Below the pieces are notes generated by a model. It searched no databases. It was given only the letters and a program-made list of their open reading frames with translations, and was not told the origin of the DNA. Below, piece by piece: positions 28,415 through 38,266 of a stretch of 64,000 nucleotides of DNA (positions are counted from its first letter, which is position 1; each line of letters opens with the position of its first letter). Origin of the DNA: an uncultured Candidatus Saccharibacteria bacterium (GTDB lineage: Bacteria > Patescibacteriota > Minisyncoccia > Phycocordibacterales > JAKAEA01). The stretch spans positions 3,118 to 67,117 of the forward strand of contig CAZHGQ010000004.1 in assembly GCA_964532205.1 (NCBI GenBank). Reading direction: 5' to 3'. The position numbers and the translations under genes were made by a program.

Positions 28415-28588
28415 TGAATACGCGAATCACAGCAGCGACATTAAGGACATTCAGATGTCCTTTACCTGTACCACTACACGAGGTCAGCCACGCTACCTTC
28501 CAATGAAGAAAAGACACAGTCACCAAATCGCATTTGTCAATCTGAACTTCGCAGCAGTTTGAACGAATAAACACTATACTTACATCCC

Positions 28589-29497
28589 ATGATTGAGCGA
28601 TTCACGGGACCAAACGGCGGGGCAACGCTTAGTGACGCCATGTTGCAACAACGTATCGTCCAGCATGATGATGCGATTGCAAGGAAATTTATCGGATTAG
28701 GAACGCTGAATGAATACCAAGCTGGCAATGTGTTGATGGAACAGGCAGCCGCCGACGAAGCCGTTTTCTTCATTCTGGCTGGCGAAGTCAACGTTGAAGT
28801 AAATGGCCGGACCGTTGGTATCCGCACGGCTACTGAAACCGTGGGCGAAATTGCCGCCGTTGATCCCACTGCCCCACGGTCTGCAACCGTTCGCGCCGCA
28901 GGCGAAGTCGTGACGCTTCGCGTTGGGTCCGCTGACTTCATCAAAATTGCCGATGAACATCCCAAGGTGTGGAGAGCCACAGCACGAGTCATTGCTGATC
29001 GGCTCCGGCAACGGCATCGATTTCATCGTCCGCCTAATGCAAAGCCCATTCTGTTTGTGGGGTCTAGCGTCGAAGGGCTGGAAATCGCTAAGCACATCCA
29101 ACTTGGCATGAAGCATGACCCGGTAGAAGTTCGCATCTGGTCGAACGGGGTGTTCGGTCCTTCAAGCGTAACAGTCGACAAGTTACTTGCGCAAGTTGAC
29201 CAGTGCGATTTCGCCGCGTTTGTGTTCGGACCAGACGATCGCGTTGCGAGCAGGGACGAAAAATACGAAGCGCCTCGCGACAACGTTATTTTTGAAATGG
29301 GCATGTTTTTGGCCCGGCTTGGCTTGGACCGGACGTACATGGTGAAGGAACAGCGAACCGATTTGAAAATCCCCTCCGATCTTTTGGGGATTGCACCGTT
29401 GACATATGTTGCCGACGCCAAAACCAAAATCGACGTTACTCTCGGCCCCGTCTGCACGGAACTAGCTAAAAAATTGCGTGAATTGGGCTCAATCTGA
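28589..29497 (+). CDS. pycTIR: Pycsar effector PycTIR (cNMP-binding + TIR)
   Basis: N-terminal cNMP-binding domain (VGEIAAVD..PRSATV); TIR FVGSSVEG...PRDNVIFEMG...IPSDLLG. Confidence 0.9.
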   Translation: MIERFTGPNGGATLSDAMLQQRIVQHDDAIARKFIGLGTLNEYQAGNVLMEQAAADEAVFFILAGEVNVEVNGRTVGIRTATETVGEIAAVDPTAPRSATVRAAGEVVTLRVGSADFIKIADEHPKVWRATARVIADRLRQRHRFHRPPNAKPILFVGSSVEGLEIAKHIQLGMKHDPVEVRIWSNGVFGPSSVTVDKLLAQVDQCDFAAFVFGPDDRVASRDEKYEAPRDNVIFEMGMFLARLGLDRTYMVKEQRTDLKIPSDLLGIAPLTYVADAKTKIDVTLGPVCTELAKKLRELGSI

Positions 29498-29512
29498 AGA
29501 AGGATTACTGGA

Positions 29513-30205
29513 ATGGGACTAGCCGACGATCTCGAAAGCGAAGTGGCAGCTATTCTTCGCACCAAATGGGATGAGCGTGAGGGGCGCGTCGTTCCCGACA
29601 CAAACGACGTAAAACTTGGGAACGATGCTGTCACGCTCGATGGCACAGTTCTTTATGCCGACCTCGCCGACTCAACTGATTTAGTTATTGGTTACAAGCC
29701 TTGGTTCGCGGCCGAGATTTATAAGTGCTACCTGCATTGTGCCTCCAAAATCATCCGTGACGAAGGTGGTGTTGTCACCGCGTTTGATGGCGATCGTGTG
29801 ATGGCTGTATTCCTTGGGGACTTTAAAAACACGTCGGCTGCTCGCTGCGCCCTAAAGATTAATTACGCGGCTGCAAACATCGTCACTCCAGCAATTGAAA
29901 AGGAATATCCGAAAAGTCCCTACAAGGTACATCAATCTGTAGGAGTAGACACGAGTAAACTATTCGTCGCCCGAACAGGAATCCGTGGCTCAAACGATCT
30001 CGTCTGGGTTGGTCGCGCTGCCAACTACGCTGCAAAGCTCTGTTCGCTCCGGGAAGGTTTATACGCATCTTGGATTACCGATGCTGTCTACAGCATTATG
30101 GATGACAACGCCAAGTACAGTGATGGTAAGTCGATGTGGGAACAACGGACGTGGACGGCGCGGAACACAACTGTGTATCGGTCAAATTGGTGGTGGAAAC
30201 CCTAG
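29513..30205 (+). CDS. pycC: Pycsar pyrimidine cyclase PycC (probably cUMP type)
   Basis: VLYADLADST, FDGDRVMAVF, NDLVWVGRAANYAAKL; closely resembles Burkholderia PycC as recalled; adjacent to PycTIR. Confidence 0.9.
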   Translation: MGLADDLESEVAAILRTKWDEREGRVVPDTNDVKLGNDAVTLDGTVLYADLADSTDLVIGYKPWFAAEIYKCYLHCASKIIRDEGGVVTAFDGDRVMAVFLGDFKNTSAARCALKINYAAANIVTPAIEKEYPKSPYKVHQSVGVDTSKLFVARTGIRGSNDLVWVGRAANYAAKLCSLREGLYASWITDAVYSIMDDNAKYSDGKSMWEQRTWTARNTTVYRSNWWWKP

Positions 30206-30310
30206 AACCTCGTGTCCAGACCCCATTCCTGTCGCCGCTTTGAACATTACGTTTTCTGGCATCCATGTCCTACTACCCCGAATCTTCGATCACGTACCCG
30301 CTCCCCACCC

Positions 30311-30646
30311 CTAGAGTGCAGGTCCCAAACGAACAAGCACCAGCACGTCAACGTCGGGATCGATAGTGACACTGATCGGTTCATGCGCTTCCAGACGAAT
30401 AGTACCATCGTCATGGATGTCGATTTGGGCGACGCACAAGTCTGTTGCTTTTGAAATGAAGATTGTGCATCGCCAGTATCCTGCACATTCACGCCAAACG
30501 ACATCTAACTCCCGGCCGTCACGATGTTGTTGTGCAATCTCACAATCATCTCGCAGATGACACGCCAAGCTACCAAGCACGCTTGGACAGGACATATGCT
30601 GGCCAATGATCTGCTTGAGAATTGACACTTTCATGGGTCCAGCCAA
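30311..30646 (-). CDS. Hypothetical protein
   Basis: 111-aa ORF, no recognised motif. Confidence 0.4.
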   Translation of the reverse strand: MAGPMKVSILKQIIGQHMSCPSVLGSLACHLRDDCEIAQQHRDGRELDVVWRECAGYWRCTIFISKATDLCVAQIDIHDDGTIRLEAHEPISVTIDPDVDVLVLVRLGPAL

Positions 30647-30668
30647 AAGAGATTAACGAACGGCATGC

Positions 30669-31058
30669 TCAGTCATCAATGACTTCCGGCTTTTGTGTTG
30701 GCTCGGCATCAACCCAGACCTTCCACGTCGCCATGATGTCTTCGTCCGCATCCTCAATATCCTTCAATACTCTCTCAAGCGGGACACCGGACTTGCGAGC
30801 AGCATCCAGAATCACTTTTGGAATCATCGCAGGTGGCAACGTCTTCTTCGGATCGGGTGCGACCACCTTCGCCACCTTCCCGATATACTTGTACTTGCCA
30901 TCAACAATGATCTCCGCTACCTCGCCCGGAACCGTTCGCGGCTCATGCTCATACGAAAAAAGAACAAGTCTAGCGGGGACACCATACGCCTGCTCGCCAT
31001 GATTTGCGGCCAGAGTGATTGCCCTGAACTGACTTGCCGTCACACGCACGGTAAACAT
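30669..31058 (-). CDS. Hypothetical protein
   Basis: 129-aa ORF with natural-looking composition. Confidence 0.55.
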   Translation of the reverse strand: MFTVRVTASQFRAITLAANHGEQAYGVPARLVLFSYEHEPRTVPGEVAEIIVDGKYKYIGKVAKVVAPDPKKTLPPAMIPKVILDAARKSGVPLERVLKDIEDADEDIMATWKVWVDAEPTQKPEVIDD

Positions 31059-31245
31059 CTTTGTATTGTGAGCTTCTGCTCAGCATCAATCAACCGCCAG
31101 TTCCCGAAGTAGCGCGTTCGTCATTTCTTCATCCCTTCCGCGCATAATGCCCCCTAACCCATGAATTCTCGTCGCATCTTCATTTTTTCCTTGATCTTTT
31201 TGCCCAGAAATCTATAGACAGATTTATCACTTCGCAGGAGGGCAT

Positions 31246-33669
31246 ATGTTGGATCGAAAATTCCGGATGCACGCTTTTCTCTCGCTGGCGGCGTTCTTAA
31301 GTAGCGCCAGCCTCGCCGACACCATCACCAACGACGGCACACTCACCGATCCCGTAACCAACACCGGCAGCAATGCGTTTCTAAACAACGGAACGATTCT
31401 CGCGCCAGTTCTCAATCAAGATGAAGCGACTTTCGAGAATCGCGTCACCGGCGTGGTTGGCTACGTTGAAAACACTTCCGCTGCGTATTTCAACAATCAA
31501 GGGCTCGTTAACTCCGTATTCGTCAATCGCGATTTCGCCACGCTTTTTAACACCGGGACAATCAACCAGCTTGAAAACTACTCCCTTGGATTCGTCAACA
31601 GCCAGAGGCAGATTACGCGATCAGTTTTCAACTACGGGCTTGGATCTTTAGGAATCGGCTCCTTTGCTACGGTCGGCGAGCATGTTTTTAACTACAGCTT
31701 TGGCAGCGTCAAGAACACCGGCAGGATCTACGGTCATGCATTCAATGATGGTTTGGGACGATTCCACAATGCCGGGATCGTCATGCAGAATGCGTACAAT
31801 GGCGGTCAGGGCACATTCGAGAACGCAGCAACAATCTCCGGCAACACCTATAACAGTGGGGGCGGATTCTTTCGAAATGATTCGGTCATTCATGGCTCAG
31901 TCTACAACTACAACTCCAGCGCCTTCGACAATTCCAACTCCGTATCCGCGATCAACGGCGACGTACACAACTATGATCAAGCTACGTTCAGGCACGCCAC
32001 CAAAATCAAAGGCAGCGTCTACAACGACGCCAGCTTTGCTGTCGTCCAGCCTACACCTTCCCAACCAGCTTTAATCAATGGAAACTTCTTCCAGAGTTCC
32101 AGTGGAAATCTCGTCCTCTCAATCAACTCGCAAAATGCATCAAGCACCAAGTTAGCAATTGCTGGCACTGCTAATTTTGCCGGGACCCTTACCGTCACGC
32201 ACGGTGATCTTGATCCTGCCATTGGGAGTCGATACCCACTCCTCTCGTATAAGGCCATCAGGGGGCATTTCGACACCCTTAACGGCTCCATCATCGACGA
32301 AAGCAAGTTCTTTGGTCTGGATTACCAAGACGCCAAACTCGACTTAATTACGCTCGCAACGCCCAAAAGACTTAATCGCGACGGCACATTCGGACATTTG
32401 ACCGACTCCACAAATCTCGGCAGCGGCCTGATTCTGATCACTCACGGACGTGGTAGCAATGTCGATGTCTGGGCAACGGGAATGGCGACTGCGATTCAAC
32501 AACAGATTTCCTCTCCGGACAATTGGGAGACCGCAACCTTTGACTGGAGAGATCTTGCCGCCCCACTTGACGCTCCGGAAGTCGCCCGCCGCGCTAATCA
32601 GATCGGTGATAGTCTGGCAAACTGGATGCGCGAGGAAGGACTGCACTTTAGTAACATTCACGGGTTAGCACACAGCGCGGGCGTGTGGCTCATCAATCGT
32701 TTCGGGGAAGAAGCGCCGCAAGCCGTTGGAGCGACTTTTGTTCACGATACCTTCTTCGATGCCTTTGTACCCTCAGACGGAGTTAGTGATTCTGGCCGAG
32801 AAATTTCGAATTTGGGGCAATTCGCCTCAATCGCTGAACAGTTTGTGGACCACCGTAAGAGCCTAGCATACGACACAAACGCGACGCTCGAATACGCGTC
32901 GAATATTGATGTGACCGGCGCCGACCCTGACTTCATCCATGTTCTCCACCGCACAGCTATGGTTCATGGTTGGCCTTATCGCTGGTACCAAGAGTCGGTC
33001 CTGAATCCATCGAATCCAAAATACGAGGGCGTCGGCTTTTTCCGTTCCGCGGAATTCCTTGGCTACAACCCCTCCATAGATAAAGCCGACATCGGCCAGC
33101 GAAAGTACCTTCCTTCATCGGTCTTCATCCGATCAGATTCTACTACCCCCGTTTCGCTGGATCTTATTCATATAATCGTTAGCGACCCCAACAAGGTGAA
33201 CGTCACTTCTGGCGTGCTCGAACTTAAGGCCACCAGCAATGCGCCGAATACATTGCCGCAGTTCGGGGAACCTCCTGCCGATGACGACGTGCCAACTGGT
33301 GATCCGACGCTCGCGACCTTGATCGCAACTCTCGACCAACCCGTAAACTCGTTGGTGTGCGATTTCAGCTTCTCGGGTGCGGGAGGAGGCTTGTATTCAA
33401 TCTACTTCAACGGCCACTTCGTCGCTCAGTACGACCAGCGATATATTGGCAACGACGTTGCTTCCACTGGACTACTGTTTCTTGGTCAGGAATATGAGCC
33501 AGGAACCTACACAATTCTGTTTCGCCTTGATCCGTACGACGGACTCGATTCATCTGTCAGCATTTCCAACCTCCGACTTGCAGGCCCCATTCCAGAACCG
33601 CAGACATTTTTGTTCTTGGCATTGCCGATGATGATTCGCATCCGTCTCCGCCGTCCTCCCTGTGCATAA
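31246..33669 (+). CDS. Secreted PEP-CTERM protein: Asn/Gly beta-helix repeats + alpha/beta hydrolase
   Basis: Signal peptide; repeated (V/A)xNxxxxxFxNxG; LITHG and AHSAG hydrolase motifs; C-terminal IPEP-TM-RRP. Confidence 0.85.
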   Translation: MLDRKFRMHAFLSLAAFLSSASLADTITNDGTLTDPVTNTGSNAFLNNGTILAPVLNQDEATFENRVTGVVGYVENTSAAYFNNQGLVNSVFVNRDFATLFNTGTINQLENYSLGFVNSQRQITRSVFNYGLGSLGIGSFATVGEHVFNYSFGSVKNTGRIYGHAFNDGLGRFHNAGIVMQNAYNGGQGTFENAATISGNTYNSGGGFFRNDSVIHGSVYNYNSSAFDNSNSVSAINGDVHNYDQATFRHATKIKGSVYNDASFAVVQPTPSQPALINGNFFQSSSGNLVLSINSQNASSTKLAIAGTANFAGTLTVTHGDLDPAIGSRYPLLSYKAIRGHFDTLNGSIIDESKFFGLDYQDAKLDLITLATPKRLNRDGTFGHLTDSTNLGSGLILITHGRGSNVDVWATGMATAIQQQISSPDNWETATFDWRDLAAPLDAPEVARRANQIGDSLANWMREEGLHFSNIHGLAHSAGVWLINRFGEEAPQAVGATFVHDTFFDAFVPSDGVSDSGREISNLGQFASIAEQFVDHRKSLAYDTNATLEYASNIDVTGADPDFIHVLHRTAMVHGWPYRWYQESVLNPSNPKYEGVGFFRSAEFLGYNPSIDKADIGQRKYLPSSVFIRSDSTTPVSLDLIHIIVSDPNKVNVTSGVLELKATSNAPNTLPQFGEPPADDDVPTGDPTLATLIATLDQPVNSLVCDFSFSGAGGGLYSIYFNGHFVAQYDQRYIGNDVASTGLLFLGQEYEPGTYTILFRLDPYDGLDSSVSISNLRLAGPIPEPQTFLFLALPMMIRIRLRRPPCA

Positions 33670-33710
33670 ACCAATTGATAGGCTGCAATGTTTAATTATA
33701 TGATATACGC

Positions 33711-34049
33711 ATGTACGTTTTTACCGCCGTTGTTCTTACCGTAAGCTCCGCTTGTCTGCTTACGTTTATTCTTATCTGGCTCACTGGCGATTTGTTCAGC
33801 TTCATATATTACGCGGCAACTCAGCATCTTGGGGGTGTTTTCGTTGCCGCGACACTATTTGGCGTTCTTATGCATTACGCCACACGTCGTTTCGTACGTC
33901 GCCGATATTTACCAACAATTCTCAGTAGCGCTGTGGCACTCGCGATCCTCTCTTTCTTTGCAGGCTGGATGCTTCTAAGCAGCCACTTTGACGATGTTCC
34001 AAGTATTACGACTACCATCGCCTACCTTCTGAATACTCATCTGCCCTAG
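33711..34049 (+). CDS. Hypothetical 3-TM protein
   Basis: 112 aa, hydrophobic. Confidence 0.55.
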   Translation: MYVFTAVVLTVSSACLLTFILIWLTGDLFSFIYYAATQHLGGVFVAATLFGVLMHYATRRFVRRRYLPTILSSAVALAILSFFAGWMLLSSHFDDVPSITTTIAYLLNTHLP

Positions 34050-34206
34050 CGGTATTACGCACTGTCCAGATTGCTCCTAGGTGATAATTCTCGCTCTTCA
34101 ATCTCTCAACTGCGTCGTTGATTACCTGTCGCCAAGTTGCATCAGACTTTGCATGTCCAGCACAAACGCGCTAATTTACCGCTGGTCGGACTGAATTGGG
34201 GTCATC

Positions 34207-34929
34207 ATGTCACTTCGCGTCAAACGGGCTACGCCCGACGTGATCGTTTCGCACTGGTGCAAACTGATTGAGAACTTCTCGTTCTCATCTCGAACCTTTT
34301 ACGAGAAGCTGGACCAAGCCATCAGCAAACGCCAGATTCCCAACATAAACAGCGGTCAGATCCATTGGCCGGAAGGAAGCGTTCTTTCTGCCAAGCGAAT
34401 CTATCTTCGCCTGGTACGCGAACGCCTCGTCATCGACATTTGTGCGGCACCATTTGGCACGGGCTTCTTTGTGTCATGGAGATTGGGAGAGATTCGCCTT
34501 CGTGTCAGCTTCTTCCTGCTCTTCCTGCTGCTGTGTTCCTGCTATTGGCTGTATGGAAGCATCTATGATCGATATAGCTGGGACATTTATCGTTTTCGCC
34601 ACCGATATCCGGGTGAATTCCTGGGCATCATTGTCGCAGTGGTTGCAGTGTTCTTTCTGATCTTGTTCTTCCTACGCCAGGTTGTTGCCTCCGGGCTATC
34701 CGATCTTGATGCAGTGTTATTGCGCATCCCTATCCTCGGCCCATTCTACGAACGTTTCCTGCGACCCATCACCTACTACCGCATCGACTTGATGCTCGCG
34801 TATCAGGAAGCGGTGCATCAGGCGGTGCTGGAGGTGGTCGATGAAATCACCACCACCGGTGGGATCAAACCTCTCAGTGAATTGGAGCGCCGTCCCATTC
34901 TCACCGAACTGTACAAACGCAGGCGATGA
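34207..34929 (+). CDS. Membrane protein coupled to the VirD4-like ATPase
   Basis: 240 aa, 2 central TM segments, 6-nt gap to the ATPase. Confidence 0.75.
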   Translation: MSLRVKRATPDVIVSHWCKLIENFSFSSRTFYEKLDQAISKRQIPNINSGQIHWPEGSVLSAKRIYLRLVRERLVIDICAAPFGTGFFVSWRLGEIRLRVSFFLLFLLLCSCYWLYGSIYDRYSWDIYRFRHRYPGEFLGIIVAVVAVFFLILFFLRQVVASGLSDLDAVLLRIPILGPFYERFLRPITYYRIDLMLAYQEAVHQAVLEVVDEITTTGGIKPLSELERRPILTELYKRRR

Positions 34930-34935
34930 GCGGCT

Positions 34936-37900
34936 ATGTCAGCGTATCTTTCCATCGATGAGCAACTTGCCCAGGAGTTTTACGATTGGGAACTCATTGG
35001 TCGGGGCTGGCAGGTGTGGGACGACCCGGTATCGCCAGAACCGCCGTTCCGACCATTCATTCGGAAGATGCCGCAATGCAGTCGTTCTGATGATGGCAGA
35101 GATCACAGTCTTCTGAGTGGTGTTATTGCTCGGCTTGCCAGACTCTTCGCCGGTCGACCCAACCTGCCTGTGGAACCCGAACCCACTTGGACACCGCTTC
35201 GGATCATCCATGATCCGCCACCCGTGGTGGAACTTGCGCTCGTCCCGCCTGCGGATTTTGATGCTTCGCAGCAGATGATGGCTCAACTGCTTGCTTCGCT
35301 TGCGATGGCGAATCATCCAATCGCATTTGAGATTCTCGCGAGCCAGAACACGATAGTATCGCAGTTCGCCGTTGCACAGAGTGATGCATCAGCAGTACGC
35401 AGTCAGATTCAGGCCCACTTTCCCGAAGTCGCGTTGAGTCAACAGACGAACGTTTTGAAGGATCGATGGGACGCTTCAGGTGAAGCCTCGCTCATCTTTG
35501 AGATCGGTCTCTCGCAGGAGTTCATGCGCCCGCTGCCCGTCCCGCCCAAACTCACGCCTGATGTGCTGGTCAGTGTCATGGGAGCAATGGAGGAAGTGTC
35601 CACCGACGAACTAGCGCTCATGCAGATGATCTTTGAGCCCGCCCGTTATCCGTGGGCAGCGAGCATGCTGCGAGCGGTGACCTTCAATGACGGCAGCGAA
35701 TTCTTCGATGCATCGGAAAGTGTACTCGATGAGACAAAGGAAAAACTCTCCCGTCCTTTGTATGCCGCCGTCATTCGACTGGCGGTTAAGACCGCCGATG
35801 AAGCTCGCACGTTCGAAATCGCCCGTTCCTTAACCGCTTCGCTCACCGCAGGTTTTCAAGGCTATGGCAATGACCTGATAGCTTTAAGCAATGATGAGTA
35901 TGATCCAGACGATCACGAGTTTGATACCCTTCATCGCCAGTGCCGACGCAGCGGCATGATCCTCAACAGCGATGAACTGGTGAACTTTGTTCACATACCT
36001 TCTTCCGCTGTACGCACCTCGAAGTTTACCCGGCAACTCAAACGCACCAAACGCGCTCCCGCCATTGCTGCTGGCAGAGATTGTGTTTTGGGTGAGAACT
36101 TCCACGCCGAACATACCATTCCTGTGGGTGTGGCTGCGGAAGAGCGCTCCAGACACATGCACCTCATCGGTGCATCCGGCACGGGAAAGTCGCAGTTGCT
36201 TTTGAACCTCATCGTGCAGGACATGGAACATGGCAAAGGCTTGGGGCTTCTCGATCCGCACGGCGATCTCGTGGACGACGTGCTTTCTCGCGTGCCCGAA
36301 GATCGAATTGATGATGTTGTGCTGCTGGATCCATCCGATGAGACGCACACCGTTGGCATCAACATCCTTTCTGCTAGAACCGAAGTCGAGAAAACCGTCC
36401 TCGCGTCGGATCTAGTAGCTGTGTTCCAACGACTCGCGACTAGTTGGGGCGATCAGATGACTTCAGTGCTTGGGAACGCTATCCTCGCGTTTCTGGAGCG
36501 TCCGCAGGGAGGTACGCTTGCCGATCTTCGACGCTTTCTCATCGAACCCGCGTATCGCAACGAAGTGCTTTCTTCCGTCACCGACCCGGAAGTCATCTAT
36601 TACTGGAAGAAGCAATTCCCCCTCATTCGCGGCATGCCGCTTGGCTCTGTGCTCACCCGACTCGACACGTTCCTGCGTCGCAAACCGATTCGGCAGATGG
36701 TCTGCCTCAAAGAAAAAGCTTTGGATTTCGCGGATATCATGGATCGCGGCAAGATTTTCCTCGCTCGCATCCCTCAGGGTTTGGTTGGCGAAGAGAATGC
36801 TCACCTTTTGGGCAGCTTGCTGGTGTCCAAGTTCTATCAACTGGCAATGGTGCGACAGCAGAGCGCCGCATCTCACCGCCGCGATTTCTATCTTTACATC
36901 GATGAGTTCCACCATTTTGTCACGCCGTCGATGTCATCCATTCTCTCTGAAGCGCGAAAGTATCGCTTGGCATTGATTTTGGCTCATCAGGAATTGCGGC
37001 AACTGGAAAGTCGCGGTGTGGATCTTTCGAGCGCCGTTCTTTCTCATCCGTATACCCGCATCTGCTTTCGTGTCGGAGATCAGGATGCCAAGCGTTTGGC
37101 GGAAGGGTTTTCGTTCTTCACCGCGGCGGATTTGCAGAGTTTGAGCACCGGTGAAGCCATCTGCCGCATGGAACGGTCGAATTACGATTTCAATCTTCGC
37201 ACAAAGCTTCTGCCAGAATTGGAATGGCAACGGGTTGAGGAAAAAAGAAGGAGTGTCATCGAGCGGTCGCGAGACCAGTTTGCTGTTTTGCGGAGTTCGC
37301 TAGTGGATGCCACGTCACTTACGACGGAGAGCTTCACCGCGGAGGAGATTGCGGAGCCAGAGGTCGAACCAATCATTGTGGAGCCGAAACCGGAGACTCC
37401 CGCACCGGCACCACGTCCAATCGCAAAGCCGCCGAAAGTGAAGCCGCTGGCGGATGAGCCCGCGAACCTGGGACGCGGCGGACCCGAACATCAGTATCTG
37501 CAACAACTCATAAAGCAGTGGGCGCAGGGTATGGGGTATCGAGCTTCTATTGAGGCGCCGTTGCCGGAGGGCGGAAGTGTCGATATCGCCTTGGAAAAAG
37601 GCAATCACCGCATCGCCTGCGAAACCAGTGTCACCAATACGCCCGCATACGAGGTCAGCAATATCCGCAAGAGTCTGGTCGCGAAGTATCAATACGTCGC
37701 GGTTGTGACGACCGACCTCAAGCACCGCGAGAAGATCGAAGCGGCGGCGGAGCAGTCATTAACTGACGCGGAGCTGAAGCAGGTGCGATTCTTCTCCCCC
37801 GACGAACTCTTCGCGTTTGTTCAAGAGTTGGAGGTAAACGACGCGAAGCAGGAGCGGCTGGTGTGCGGATACAAAGTGAAGACCTCGGTGCGCTCCACCG

Positions 37901-37986
37901 ACGCACAAGATCAAGCGATGCGGCAGCAGGCGATTGCCCAGGTCGTCGCTCGTTCGGTGACGCGGATGCGGAAAAAGAAACAGTAG
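34936..37986 (+). CDS. VirD4/TraD-like (HerA/FtsK-superfamily) ATPase, long form
   Basis: HMHLIGASGTGKS, DPHGDL, LYIDEFH, SEARKY, LAHQ. Confidence 0.88.
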   Translation: MSAYLSIDEQLAQEFYDWELIGRGWQVWDDPVSPEPPFRPFIRKMPQCSRSDDGRDHSLLSGVIARLARLFAGRPNLPVEPEPTWTPLRIIHDPPPVVELALVPPADFDASQQMMAQLLASLAMANHPIAFEILASQNTIVSQFAVAQSDASAVRSQIQAHFPEVALSQQTNVLKDRWDASGEASLIFEIGLSQEFMRPLPVPPKLTPDVLVSVMGAMEEVSTDELALMQMIFEPARYPWAASMLRAVTFNDGSEFFDASESVLDETKEKLSRPLYAAVIRLAVKTADEARTFEIARSLTASLTAGFQGYGNDLIALSNDEYDPDDHEFDTLHRQCRRSGMILNSDELVNFVHIPSSAVRTSKFTRQLKRTKRAPAIAAGRDCVLGENFHAEHTIPVGVAAEERSRHMHLIGASGTGKSQLLLNLIVQDMEHGKGLGLLDPHGDLVDDVLSRVPEDRIDDVVLLDPSDETHTVGINILSARTEVEKTVLASDLVAVFQRLATSWGDQMTSVLGNAILAFLERPQGGTLADLRRFLIEPAYRNEVLSSVTDPEVIYYWKKQFPLIRGMPLGSVLTRLDTFLRRKPIRQMVCLKEKALDFADIMDRGKIFLARIPQGLVGEENAHLLGSLLVSKFYQLAMVRQQSAASHRRDFYLYIDEFHHFVTPSMSSILSEARKYRLALILAHQELRQLESRGVDLSSAVLSHPYTRICFRVGDQDAKRLAEGFSFFTAADLQSLSTGEAICRMERSNYDFNLRTKLLPELEWQRVEEKRRSVIERSRDQFAVLRSSLVDATSLTTESFTAEEIAEPEVEPIIVEPKPETPAPAPRPIAKPPKVKPLADEPANLGRGGPEHQYLQQLIKQWAQGMGYRASIEAPLPEGGSVDIALEKGNHRIACETSVTNTPAYEVSNIRKSLVAKYQYVAVVTTDLKHREKIEAAAEQSLTDAELKQVRFFSPDELFAFVQELEVNDAKQERLVCGYKVKTSVRSTDAQDQAMRQQAIAQVVARSVTRMRKKKQ

Positions 37987-38032
37987 CGTCCAGCATAGTT
38001 GACTATTTTCTCATCGCCTTTGGTGGTCAATT

Positions 38033-38257
38033 ATGATAGACTATCCGGCGATGACTCACGAGCAATTGCTGAAAGTGGTTTGCCGCCGGATGAAGCGTCT
38101 GGACATGACACCGTACCGTTTGCATCAGGAACTCAACGGTAAGGTTTCAAAGCAGACGGTCTACAACTTCATCGAGCATGGCAGGCACGTCACCACGGAG
38201 ACACTCGTGGCGATTCTTTCGGTGCTCAAGCTTTCGATCAGCGAACCGGACGAATAG
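38033..38257 (+). CDS. Small HTH regulator
   Basis: PYRLHQEL..VSKQTVYNF..G; directly upstream of integrase B. Confidence 0.65.
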   Translation: MIDYPAMTHEQLLKVVCRRMKRLDMTPYRLHQELNGKVSKQTVYNFIEHGRHVTTETLVAILSVLKLSISEPDE

Positions 38258-38266
38258 GAGGCGATC

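Noticed and set aside
28060-28506. 148-aa ORF across the A/B junction
   Set aside because: Spans a recombination junction and non-coding repeat; composition looks spurious
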